DNA of 64,000 nt, taken from assembly GCA_045612545.1 (NCBI GenBank), contig JAZKZH010000001.1, forward strand, positions 54,513 through 118,512, in the 5' to 3' direction. The DNA comes from Eubacteriales bacterium (GTDB lineage Bacteria; Bacillota; Clostridia; Oscillospirales; CAG-382). The notes under the pieces are model-generated. The model made no database searches, was not told the DNA's origin, and saw only the letters and a list, made by a program, of their open reading frames with translations. Shown one piece after another: positions 30,601 through 35,762 of the stretch. Numbering within the stretch: position 1 is the first letter of the stretch; each line of letters opens with the position of its first letter. The translations under genes were made by a program, and so were the position numbers.

Positions 30601-30846
30601 AGAATCGGCAACTACACGATTACAGAAATACTCGACGAAGCAAGTGAAGGTTACCTTATCCCCTCCCCCATTGAAGCAGAGCTACTCAACGGTGAAACCC
30701 TAACAATTGAGGTATACAACGAGAAGCTTCCGCAGACCGGAGATGATTCCAGTTTGTTTCCCTGGTTCATGCTTATGCTATTGAGCATGGGAGGGTTGAT
30801 CGGTGTATTCGTTTATACGCATACAAAGAAGCGTTATGATTTATAA
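24613..30846 (+). CDS. Giant LPxTG-anchored surface adhesin: N-terminal thioester-type domain plus many Cna-B/SpaA-like repeats
   Basis: 2077 aa with a signal peptide, YCFCIEHG and ATQLIVWQ thioester-domain-like motifs, more than 15 Ig-like repeat units, and a C-terminal LPQTGD + TM + KKRYDL sorting signal. Confidence 0.9.
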   Translation: MKNKKIYAFAVLLLAIVMTLAFTAVTISAAEVTMDLSKAKVSEEYTLKDAEGNVFTAYYGLKAEDNPFGYEIKPKQRDMHDYIAVSPTAPESKSDWIYGQDYLYCFCIEHGIPLPDKSNYSGSGETGYGNKYEQLSENQKTLLSLALAYGYPNRTDIETSKDANACYSATQLIVWQITLGFRSSATELDDKTYPMDGYTGTMTEQYTDNPYLKEYYDLILTDMTSHYMRPSFTGNVPATAPSYEMQYADGKYSITLTDTNQVLSNYKVSVSGGATVSINGNQLTISSAKPITNAITIKLNRKMPKTTLTTGFLIWSVAGNEDRNQDMVSGVPANNDPVPAYLKVVSPTGSAKIVKTSEDGKIDGIRFTITGNGIDKTVSTDENGEITISDLTPGAYTVTEHTDNVYEPQEPRTVTIVSGQTTTVSFNNMLKLGHLVVTKTSEDGLTSGVLFRLYGTSESGTYVDKYVSTDGSGKAFFTNIPIGSDYILEEMATKDFYITPVKQTVEIEWKQATTKAVSNALKKSELRVIKTAEDGMVEGVTFHLTGTSDSGAKVDLYATTDATGVAIFKDVLIGSNYTLSEENTEFKYITPVSQDTAIEWNHITEKSFYNELKRGDLTVTKTSEDGLVEGITFRLYGTAECGQHVDVYATTDSEGKAYFKDVLIGSEYTLEECEVSEKYITPIAQTNVSVEWNRVSERAFYNELKRGSLTVTKTADDGLISGITFRLYGTSISGGNVDLQATTNESGKATFSDVLIGSNYTLEEVATDSKYMTPLEQIVVIQWAKVTFAEMHNALNHGELLITKASEDGKVDGVRFTITGNGVNKTVMTDSNGEIKIQDLLPGTYTVTEQNEDYYEPQPGKTVTVVHNQTATVHFENILKRGDLTVTKTAEDGLTEGIRFRLAGTSDSGAKIDVTATVDNTGKAYFKDILIGSGYTLEEVNTDLKYIVPDSQNVEIEWNTVTSAHVHNTLKRGDLKVVKTSEDNFVEGIKFRLYGTSLSGEKVNVFAYTDKDGVAHFDDILIGEHYTVEEVENAERYITPNSQTVAIEWNKVTQKDFYNELKRGALKVIKTAEDNLVEGIKFRLYGTSLSGEKVDIYAYTDKNGVAFFEDIPIGQNYTVEEVDASIRYVVPEGQNIDINWNEITEVEIHNVLKKWRAEVFKIDRALSNEHVEIQDELLPRLFTLTSHEQVNVLGAPYGQSQGNATLEGAVYGVYKDGALIDTYITDKNGYFLTDYYPCYENVEWMIREISPSEGYLLDDTVYDIDTYAGLYTVELNTVYPDVYEDIIKGKITIIKHTDDGSTKIETPEVGAMFEIYLKSAGSYEVAETTERDILTCDEFGYAETIDLPYGVYVVKQIKGWEGRDLLDPFEVFVSEDGEVYRYLINNANFESYLHVVKVDGTTGNTIPYAGAGFQVYAPDGKLVTMSYTYPTLTVIDTFYTNEEGTLLTPEKLPYGEGYYLVEVQAPHGYVLDATPIYFDVTEENSADENGITLVKVVKENEPQKGTITITKTGEVFTSVVESNGAYQPVYEIKGLAGAVYEITAAEDVVTLDGTIRYKKGDVVATITTDADGTATTEPLFLGKFEIREITAPCGMLLNGDTVTAELTYAGQEIKITATSAAFVNERQKVEIDLTKTLEQDEKYHIGMNGEITSVKFGLYASEDITAADGNIIPKDGLIETVTCDENGKAVFMADLPVGAKVYVKEIATDNYYILDHSTYTVTFDYAGQDTAVVKISVNNGEAITNEIIRGNIIGKKLAEDGFTICGAFFGLFCENETEFTEEIALATCQSNEIGVFTFEDVPFGRWIVREIKAAPAFVLNENSYAVTVSTDEEVIEITIENEFITGSVKTTKVDKEYPDNKLSGAVFEVYVDVDGNGEFNPEIDLLVGEMTETEDGIYEMHDLRYNGYFLYEKTAPEGFLKDEDYHYFEIRNDGETVIVENEAGVGFVNNPLLANLKIVKSSTDGQLEGFSFRITGPNYDAVYTTDSGGEIFVENLRIGNYTITEILDEASEGYLIPSPIEAELLNGETLTIEVYNEKLPQTGDDSSLFPWFMLMLLSMGGLIGVFVYTHTKKRYDL
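25663..28075 (+). repeat. Tandem in-frame ~88-aa repeat array inside the adhesin gene
   Basis: About ten units of the type LKRGDLTVTKTSEDGLVEGITFRLYGTS.SG..VD.YATTD..GKA.F.DVLIGS.YTLEE…YITP..Q…IEWN. Two units belong to a shorter FTITGNG subtype. Confidence 0.85.
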
Positions 30847-30860
30847 ACGCAGGAGGAAAT

Positions 30861-31406
30861 ATGAAGAAAACCATTCTTAAGGCTATCTTTCTTGTAGTCA
30901 CTGTCATCTGCATTATGTGTATCCCCGTCATCCCGACTTATGCTGCCAAGCAAGGCACTGCTGGAGATGAATTGCAAGTCATGGAGGCAGAGCAGTTGGA
31001 AATTCAGCTTGGCGTAGAGTGGGCCGATGTTGAATTCCGTTTAAAAACTGATGCCGGCTTATATCCCAACACCGTTGCCGTGGGCAAAGACGGCGTCTTG
31101 CGGCTGGAAATCGGCGGCAGCTCAAAATACATTCTTTCCTGCGTAAACTCCGCTGTGCCGGTCCCCGAACCGGATGGTGCTCCACTTTCCTCAGAAACGA
31201 CGCAAGCTCCTGCCACAACTGAGAGTTCTGAAAGCCAATCTGAAGAGATCAAGGAGCGGGATCCCAAAAGCACCGGTTCTGCATTTGGGATTCCCGTTGC
31301 GCCTCTGGCTCTTTTCGGCGCAGGGATGATCCTATCGGTCTGCGCGCTGATCCTTTTATGTCGCACAAAGAAAAAGCGTAAAATGGTTCACAAAGACGAT
31401 GAATGA
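30861..31406 (+). CDS. Secreted protein with a C-terminal membrane anchor
   Basis: Signal peptide (…PTYA/AK), Ser/Thr/Glu-rich stalk, and a C-terminal TM helix followed by RTKKKRK. Confidence 0.6.
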   Translation: MKKTILKAIFLVVTVICIMCIPVIPTYAAKQGTAGDELQVMEAEQLEIQLGVEWADVEFRLKTDAGLYPNTVAVGKDGVLRLEIGGSSKYILSCVNSAVPVPEPDGAPLSSETTQAPATTESSESQSEEIKERDPKSTGSAFGIPVAPLALFGAGMILSVCALILLCRTKKKRKMVHKDDE

Positions 31407-31476
31407 CGCACCAGACTGAGCTGGCATGAACAGCATGCATTTCTTTGTAAAACATCTGTGAACATTCCAAAATCGC

Positions 31477-31505
31477 TTGACTTTCAACTGCTTTTTTGAT
31501 ATACT
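31477..31505 (+). promoter_or_regulatory. Near-consensus promoter
   Basis: TTGACT (31477-31482), 17-nt spacer, TATACT (31500-31505). It is followed by a ~255-nt untranslated leader. Confidence 0.55.
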
Positions 31506-31766
31506 ATAAGCGTGGCAGGAGCTTGCGTTCAGGCTCTCGATACGCTCATAGTTCAGCGTCAGACTTGACCTTTGCAAAAGGCAGGAAATCGTTACGGATC
31601 TGTGCACAGAACAAGATCCACAATAACGCAAGCGACGATATATAGCCGGAAGGCTGCTTAAATACTTACAGAGTCAATTGGTTGGATGAGACGAATATTC
31701 CAACGCTTTGGCTCTGTTTGTTTTTGCAGTTCTTCCGGCTTTTCTTTTTTGAAATCGGAGGAGAAA

Positions 31767-32234
31767 ATGAAGAAAAAGAGAAAGGGATTCCAAACAACCC
31801 AAATGAGATGTCCGTATTGCGGTAGTCACGTCGTATACAGAAGTGCCGATGGCATTTACCAAGACAATAGCAAAGGCGTTATGCTTTATGTATGTGCTAA
31901 ATACCCCGCATGCGATGCCTACGTTCGGGTTCATCGCGGTACCAAGCTACCTGTGGGAAGCCTCGCCAATCACGAGTTACGTGCTTTGCGCAGAACGGCG
32001 CACTACTATTTCGATCAACTCTACAAATCGGGATATATGTCGAAACAGGACGCCTACCAATGGCTTGCACACCTCATCATAGCTCCGTTATCAGAGGCTC
32101 ACATTGGCTATCTCGGAGAATATTACTGTACGCAGGTTATACAGGAAAGCAAAAAACTTCTGGAACGGAGCAAACGAAAAGGTTGCAAGCATTCATTCCC
32201 TATTGAGGGAGGTATGGCGATCTCATGCGGTTAA
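31767..32234 (+). CDS. Zinc-finger protein (CPYCG…C..C type)
   Basis: ATG 31767 follows GGAGGAG. MRCPYCGSHVVY…YVCAKYPACDAYV forms a four-Cys zinc-ribbon-like N-terminus. Confidence 0.6.
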   Translation: MKKKRKGFQTTQMRCPYCGSHVVYRSADGIYQDNSKGVMLYVCAKYPACDAYVRVHRGTKLPVGSLANHELRALRRTAHYYFDQLYKSGYMSKQDAYQWLAHLIIAPLSEAHIGYLGEYYCTQVIQESKKLLERSKRKGCKHSFPIEGGMAISCG

Positions 32235-32767
32235 CTGCCGAGCAACAAGAAAAAGTGACCCAAAATATCCGCCTTGTGCACAAGGTGATCAACGATAAGG
32301 GTTGCAGTAGCAATCAACCGGGGATCTATTCTTACGAAGATGTTTTCCAGATCGGTTGTATCGGGCTCTGCAAAGCGGCCGCCACCGACAAAGGGGGTAC
32401 CTTTTCAACTTACGCTTACAGACTTATTTGGCATGAGATCTGCGACGCGTTGATCCATGCCAACAGGCGTCAGACTGCCGAGGTCATCTGTGATGTGCCG
32501 CCATATGACCTCCCAGCTTACGACGGCGGACCAGAAAACGTGCTGTTGTCAATAGATCTGCATACAGCGCTTCAAAGAGCTAAGCAAGAGGCTTCTCCGT
32601 GCGTACGTAAAGGGATCGAGGCAATGCAGATGATGTCCTGCGGCTACACAAGCCGCGAAATAGGTGATCAACTCGGTGCTTCCGCAAAACTCGTATGCGC
32701 TTGGATTTCCAAAGCAAAAAAGTTCCTGAGAGCACGGCCAGAGATACAGGCACTGGCCACCACATAA
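32225..32767 (+). CDS. Sigma-70 family RNA polymerase sigma factor (regions 2 and 4)
   Basis: Region-2-like YEDVFQIGCIGLCKAAATDKGGTFSTYAYRLIWHEI and region-4 HTH GYTSREIGDQLGASAKLVCAWISKAKKFL. Confidence 0.8.
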   Translation: MRLTAEQQEKVTQNIRLVHKVINDKGCSSNQPGIYSYEDVFQIGCIGLCKAAATDKGGTFSTYAYRLIWHEICDALIHANRRQTAEVICDVPPYDLPAYDGGPENVLLSIDLHTALQRAKQEASPCVRKGIEAMQMMSCGYTSREIGDQLGASAKLVCAWISKAKKFLRARPEIQALATT

Positions 32768-32778
32768 TTCACAAACGA

Positions 32779-32812
32779 AAGACGCAAAGGTTGGCCCTTC
32801 GCGTCTTTTTTG
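32779..32812 (+). terminator. Intrinsic terminator after the sigma factor gene
   Basis: AAGACGC…GCGTCTT stem followed by TTTTTTG. Confidence 0.6.
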
Positions 32813-32827
32813 TTTGGAGGTATTTTT

Positions 32828-33232
32828 TTGAAAAAGCACTGCAAGATACAAAAAACACTGCTGATTCCAATAGTGATCGCCTTGATCGTCATTATCTTAT
32901 TCCGCACAGTTTTTTTATTTGGATATGTTCCTTCGTGTTCAATGGAACCTACATTGAAAGAGGGAAGCTTTGTTATTGGACTACGGCTCTACGTGGAGCT
33001 TAAAATCGGCGATATTATCGTTTTCCGGAAAGAAGATGTTTTCTTGGTCAAACGTATTGCCGCTACCGAAGGCGACATTGTAGAACATGGCGGAATGTAT
33101 ACGACCGTTCCCGAAAACAACTTTTATGTGCTCGGAGACAATCGAGAGCATTCATATGACTCGCGGTATTGGGAAGACCCGTTTGTATCCGCTGAGGATA
33201 TTATTGCGAAATTAATATTACCGACGACTTAA
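32828..33232 (+). CDS. lepB: Signal peptidase I
   Basis: TTG start after GGAGG. Catalytic-Ser box SCSMEPTL, VKRIAATEGD, and GDNREHSYDSRYW. Confidence 0.85.
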   Translation: MKKHCKIQKTLLIPIVIALIVIILFRTVFLFGYVPSCSMEPTLKEGSFVIGLRLYVELKIGDIIVFRKEDVFLVKRIAATEGDIVEHGGMYTTVPENNFYVLGDNREHSYDSRYWEDPFVSAEDIIAKLILPTT

Positions 33233-33254
33233 TCGCAAACGGTACATACACCGG

Positions 33255-33278
33255 TTCGGGGTTCCCCGAATCTTTTTT
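33255..33278 (+). terminator. Intrinsic terminator after the signal peptidase gene
   Basis: TTCGGG-GTTC-CCCGAA hairpin followed by TCTTTTTT. Confidence 0.6.
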
Positions 33279-33285
33279 GCGCCCG

Positions 33286-33336
33286 GAAATCTCGTCGAAG
33301 CAACCAAAATTCGGCTAATCGTCGAAAAATATGGCG
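33286..33336 (+). repeat. TCGTCGA-type repeat motif upstream of the recombinase promoter
   Basis: CTCGTCGAAG (33291-33300) and ATCGTCGAAAAATATGGCG (33318-33336). The second copy closely matches the copies at 17.1, 35.7 and 37.9 kb. Confidence 0.7.
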
Positions 33337-33341
33337 TAAAT

Positions 33342-33370
33342 GTAGCACAGGCAGAAAAAAACAGTATAAT
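33342..33370 (+). promoter_or_regulatory. Putative activator-dependent promoter of the recombinase gene
   Basis: TATAAT at 33365-33370 with a weak -35 (GTAGCA) 17 nt upstream. The repeat motif ends 6 nt upstream of the -35. Confidence 0.45.
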
Positions 33371-33409
33371 AGGAAATACATCATTTTATCATAAGAATGG
33401 AGGATTCAT

Positions 33410-34246
33410 GTGAGAAGAATAACAGAAATACAGGTCAATACGTTTCTGGCACAGCTTCGCGATGAAGAAAAAAGCGAAGCAACAATCGAGAAATACCGAA
33501 GAGACGTTTATTGTTTCAGGGACTTTATTGGCGAAGAACCGATCGACAAGCAAAGCTGCATGAAATACAAAGCGTACATCAGTGAAAAATATGCTGTTGC
33601 AAGTGTCAACTCGATGATCGCTTCCCTGAATTCGTTTTTTAAATTCTGCGGCTGGTACGACTGTTGTCTAAGGCAACTACGTGTTCAAAAGCGTGTATTT
33701 TGCTGTGAAGAAAAAGAGCTGAGCAAAGCGGAATACACCAGGCTTATCCATACGGCAAGATTCCAAAGGAATGAACGACTGTATTATTTGTTGCAAACAA
33801 TCTGCAGTACCGGCATACGAGTCAGCGAATTAAAATTTATCACGGTGGAAGCCGTGCGAAAGGGCCTCGCGATCATTCAGTGCAAGGGAAAGACGAGGGA
33901 AATTCTGATCGTATCCGATCTGAAAAAGTGCCTTTTGAAGTATGTCCGCAAAATAGGTCTGGAGTCTGGATCTATCTTTGTTACAAAATCCGGGAAGCCG
34001 ATCGATCGTTCAAACATCTGGCGAGAAATGAAGGCGCTGTGTAAAAAAGCAAAAGTTTCTGAGAAAAAAGTGTTTCCCCACAACCTTCGACATCTTTTTG
34101 CAAGGCTTTTCTATAAAATAGAAAAAGACATCGCAAAGCTTGCGGATGTCTTGGGGCATTCCAGTATTAACACCACTCGAATCTATATTATTTCAACCGG
34201 CTCCGAACATCGAAGAACAATGGAACATATGCACTTGATTTTATAA
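33410..34246 (+). CDS. Tyrosine site-specific recombinase (XerC/XerD-like, short form)
   Basis: 278 aa with GIRVSEL (Arg), HNLRHLFA (His-x-x-Arg), LGHSSINTTRIY (His…Tyr), and a SAM-like N-terminal core-binding domain. Confidence 0.85.
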   Translation: MRRITEIQVNTFLAQLRDEEKSEATIEKYRRDVYCFRDFIGEEPIDKQSCMKYKAYISEKYAVASVNSMIASLNSFFKFCGWYDCCLRQLRVQKRVFCCEEKELSKAEYTRLIHTARFQRNERLYYLLQTICSTGIRVSELKFITVEAVRKGLAIIQCKGKTREILIVSDLKKCLLKYVRKIGLESGSIFVTKSGKPIDRSNIWREMKALCKKAKVSEKKVFPHNLRHLFARLFYKIEKDIAKLADVLGHSSINTTRIYIISTGSEHRRTMEHMHLIL

Positions 34247-34248
34247 TG

Positions 34249-34268
34249 CAACATAATTAGCATTATGT
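34249..34268. repeat. Left inverted repeat of the candidate invertible segment
   Basis: CAACATAATTAGCATTATGT, starting 3 nt after the recombinase stop codon. It is the perfect reverse complement of 34461-34480. Confidence 0.9.
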
Positions 34269-34305
34269 GCTATAACACGATATGATACCAATATTTTCCG
34301 CTTCC

Positions 34306-34334
34306 ATTATACCAATTAAAAGCAATAAAGTCAA
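34306..34334 (-). promoter_or_regulatory. Consensus sigma-A promoter inside the IR-bounded segment, currently pointing toward the recombinase gene
   Basis: Minus strand TTGACT (34329-34334), 17-nt spacer, TATAAT (34306-34311). Confidence 0.6.
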
Positions 34335-34460
34335 GTTATCATACAGCGAAAACTCAAGCAAATAACTAATTTTTGCATGGCAAAAAGCCCTTTGAAAAAA
34401 AGAGCTGTTAAAAAACACAAATTTAATGTTTTACAGAATACGTCTATGTTTATTCGTACA

Positions 34461-34480
34461 ACATAATGCTAATTATGTTG
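34461..34480. repeat. Right inverted repeat of the candidate invertible segment
   Basis: ACATAATGCTAATTATGTTG, the reverse complement of 34249-34268, lying 20 nt upstream of the XRE gene start. Confidence 0.9.
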
Positions 34481-34500
34481 TATTATTGGAGGAATGAATC

Positions 34501-34863
34501 ATGAAGCATTTGCGTGAACTGCGCGACTTAACAGGGACACCCCCAAAAATGCTTTCCAAGCTTTTGAACGTAACCGTGCACACCTATATAGCGTTCGAAC
34601 AAAAAAGAATGACTTTAACCCCCGAGATTATTGTAATGCTCTCCATGATGTACCATGTAGACAAACAAATGATCACCGGGGAGCTGAGTATCGACAACAA
34701 TACGCGGATCCAATTGTCGGTGATTGGCGAGATGGGCGAAGAAGAAAAGCTAACCTTTTACGCTGAGCGATTGTTGGGCAAGCACATCAAACCTACCGGA
34801 AAAAATATCCGCGACAAGAAAAAAGAAATTGAAGACGCGCTGTTCGAAAAGCGTGGAAGATAG
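34501..34863 (+). CDS. XRE-family helix-turn-helix transcriptional regulator
   Basis: 120 aa. The N-terminal LRELRDLTGTPPKMLSKLLNVTVHTYIAFEQKR is HTH-like. RBS GGAGG. Confidence 0.7.
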   Translation: MKHLRELRDLTGTPPKMLSKLLNVTVHTYIAFEQKRMTLTPEIIVMLSMMYHVDKQMITGELSIDNNTRIQLSVIGEMGEEEKLTFYAERLLGKHIKPTGKNIRDKKKEIEDALFEKRGR

Positions 34864-34910
34864 AAAAGCAACAGGTGCCGATCCTTTCGGTGGCGCCTGT
34901 TGCTTTTGTT
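34864..34910. terminator. Bidirectional intrinsic terminator between the XRE gene and agrD
   Basis: 16-bp stem AAAAGCAACAGGTGCC / GGCGCCTGTTGCTTTT (one G-U) with A/T runs on both sides. Confidence 0.8.
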
Positions 34911-34924
34911 TGCAAATAATTCAA

Positions 34925-35065
34925 TTATTTGCGGAATGCATCCATTGCGCTAGGGGTCTCAGGCTGGTAGAAGAAGGAAGCGCAAGCAGAATTTGCTGCG
35001 AAGATGCCTACAGCCAATGCCAGTGCGGGAAGAGTAGATGCGAGTTTTGCGAAAAATTTCTTCAT
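34925..35065 (-). CDS. agrD: AgrD-like autoinducing peptide precursor (46 aa, absent from the ORF track because it is under 60 aa)
   Basis: MKKFFAKLASTLPALALAVGIFAANSACASFFYQPETPSAMDAFRK. Amphipathic leader, Cys + 4 residues (CASFF), then a YQPETP tail. Its ATG overlaps the agrB stop (ATGA). Confidence 0.7.
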   Translation of the reverse strand: MKKFFAKLASTLPALALAVGIFAANSACASFFYQPETPSAMDAFRK

Positions 35066-35679
35066 GGGTTTTGTTTCTCCTTTGTTTGTTGTATTTTAGC
35101 ACTCAAAAGAGCGAATGCTGCAGAGAAGATACCGAGGGAAAAGCTCAATATGTATGTACTGAGTTGTGTTGCAAACAAAACGAGGACTGCCACTATTATG
35201 GGAATAATATATGCGTATACGCAACACATTTTTCTGAATCGTTTGCGTTCTGTTTTGATAAACGGTTTATTTGGATGATCGATTGGCGCAAAAATCAACA
35301 GAAGCACCGAAGATATCAAGATGGCTACTACAGAAGCAACAGGATGATGCTCTTGAGGTAGAAAGACGATCAGAAGTATAAACAGAACCTGATTCAGCAA
35401 AGAAAGCAAATGACACACAGAATAGGTTGCAGCGTGATATCCTCCAGCAATTGAACGTGTAGTAAAAAAGGCAACGCCGAACAACAGAGAATAGAAAATC
35501 GTTCCGGTAAAAACCGCTAGGACAACAAAAAGCAAAATATATGCCACATACGAAAGAAGGATTTCAAAACCATAGCAATACACGTCACGTTGTTGGGGTT
35601 CAATAATTCCCGATTTTACAAATTTGTCAGTTAAAACACTTGAAAGTTTCTTATACAAATGAAAAACTCCTTCCAACAT
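35062..35679 (-). CDS. agrB: AgrB-family AIP-processing membrane peptidase
   Basis: 205 aa, polytopic, with RSIAGGYHAATYSVCHLLS carrying the conserved His/Cys pair region. Confidence 0.85.
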   Translation of the reverse strand: MLEGVFHLYKKLSSVLTDKFVKSGIIEPQQRDVYCYGFEILLSYVAYILLFVVLAVFTGTIFYSLLFGVAFFTTRSIAGGYHAATYSVCHLLSLLNQVLFILLIVFLPQEHHPVASVVAILISSVLLLIFAPIDHPNKPFIKTERKRFRKMCCVYAYIIPIIVAVLVLFATQLSTYILSFSLGIFSAAFALLSAKIQQTKEKQNP

Positions 35680-35693
35680 GATTGAACAAGTAC

Positions 35694-35723
35694 ATTATCA
35701 ATCTTAATGGAAGGAGTTGTCAA
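35694..35723 (-). promoter_or_regulatory. Possible agrBD promoter
   Basis: Minus strand TTGACA (35718-35723), 17 nt, TGATAA(T) (35694-35700). The leader to the agrB ATG would be very short and no SD is visible. Confidence 0.4.
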
Positions 35724-35730
35724 CAGATAT

Positions 35731-35762
35731 CCCCTATTCGTCGAAAAAATCGCCTCAATCGT
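35731..35762. repeat. TCGTCGA-type repeat motif between the kinase stop and the agrB promoter
   Basis: CCCCTATTCGTCGAAAAAATCGCCTCAATCGT, which aligns with the reverse complement of 37841-37880 over ~28 positions. Confidence 0.75.

Larger units (their letters stand above)
6685..34246. mobile_element. Integrative conjugative element (Firmicutes type IV secretion type). Left end inferred; right end not defined in this window.
   Basis: Contiguous same-strand block of VirB2/VirB6/VirB3/VirB4/VirD4-like genes, a cell-wall hydrolase, an LPxTG adhesin, a sigma factor, a signal peptidase and a tyrosine recombinase. It starts where spoVAC homology and G+C break. Confidence 0.7.
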
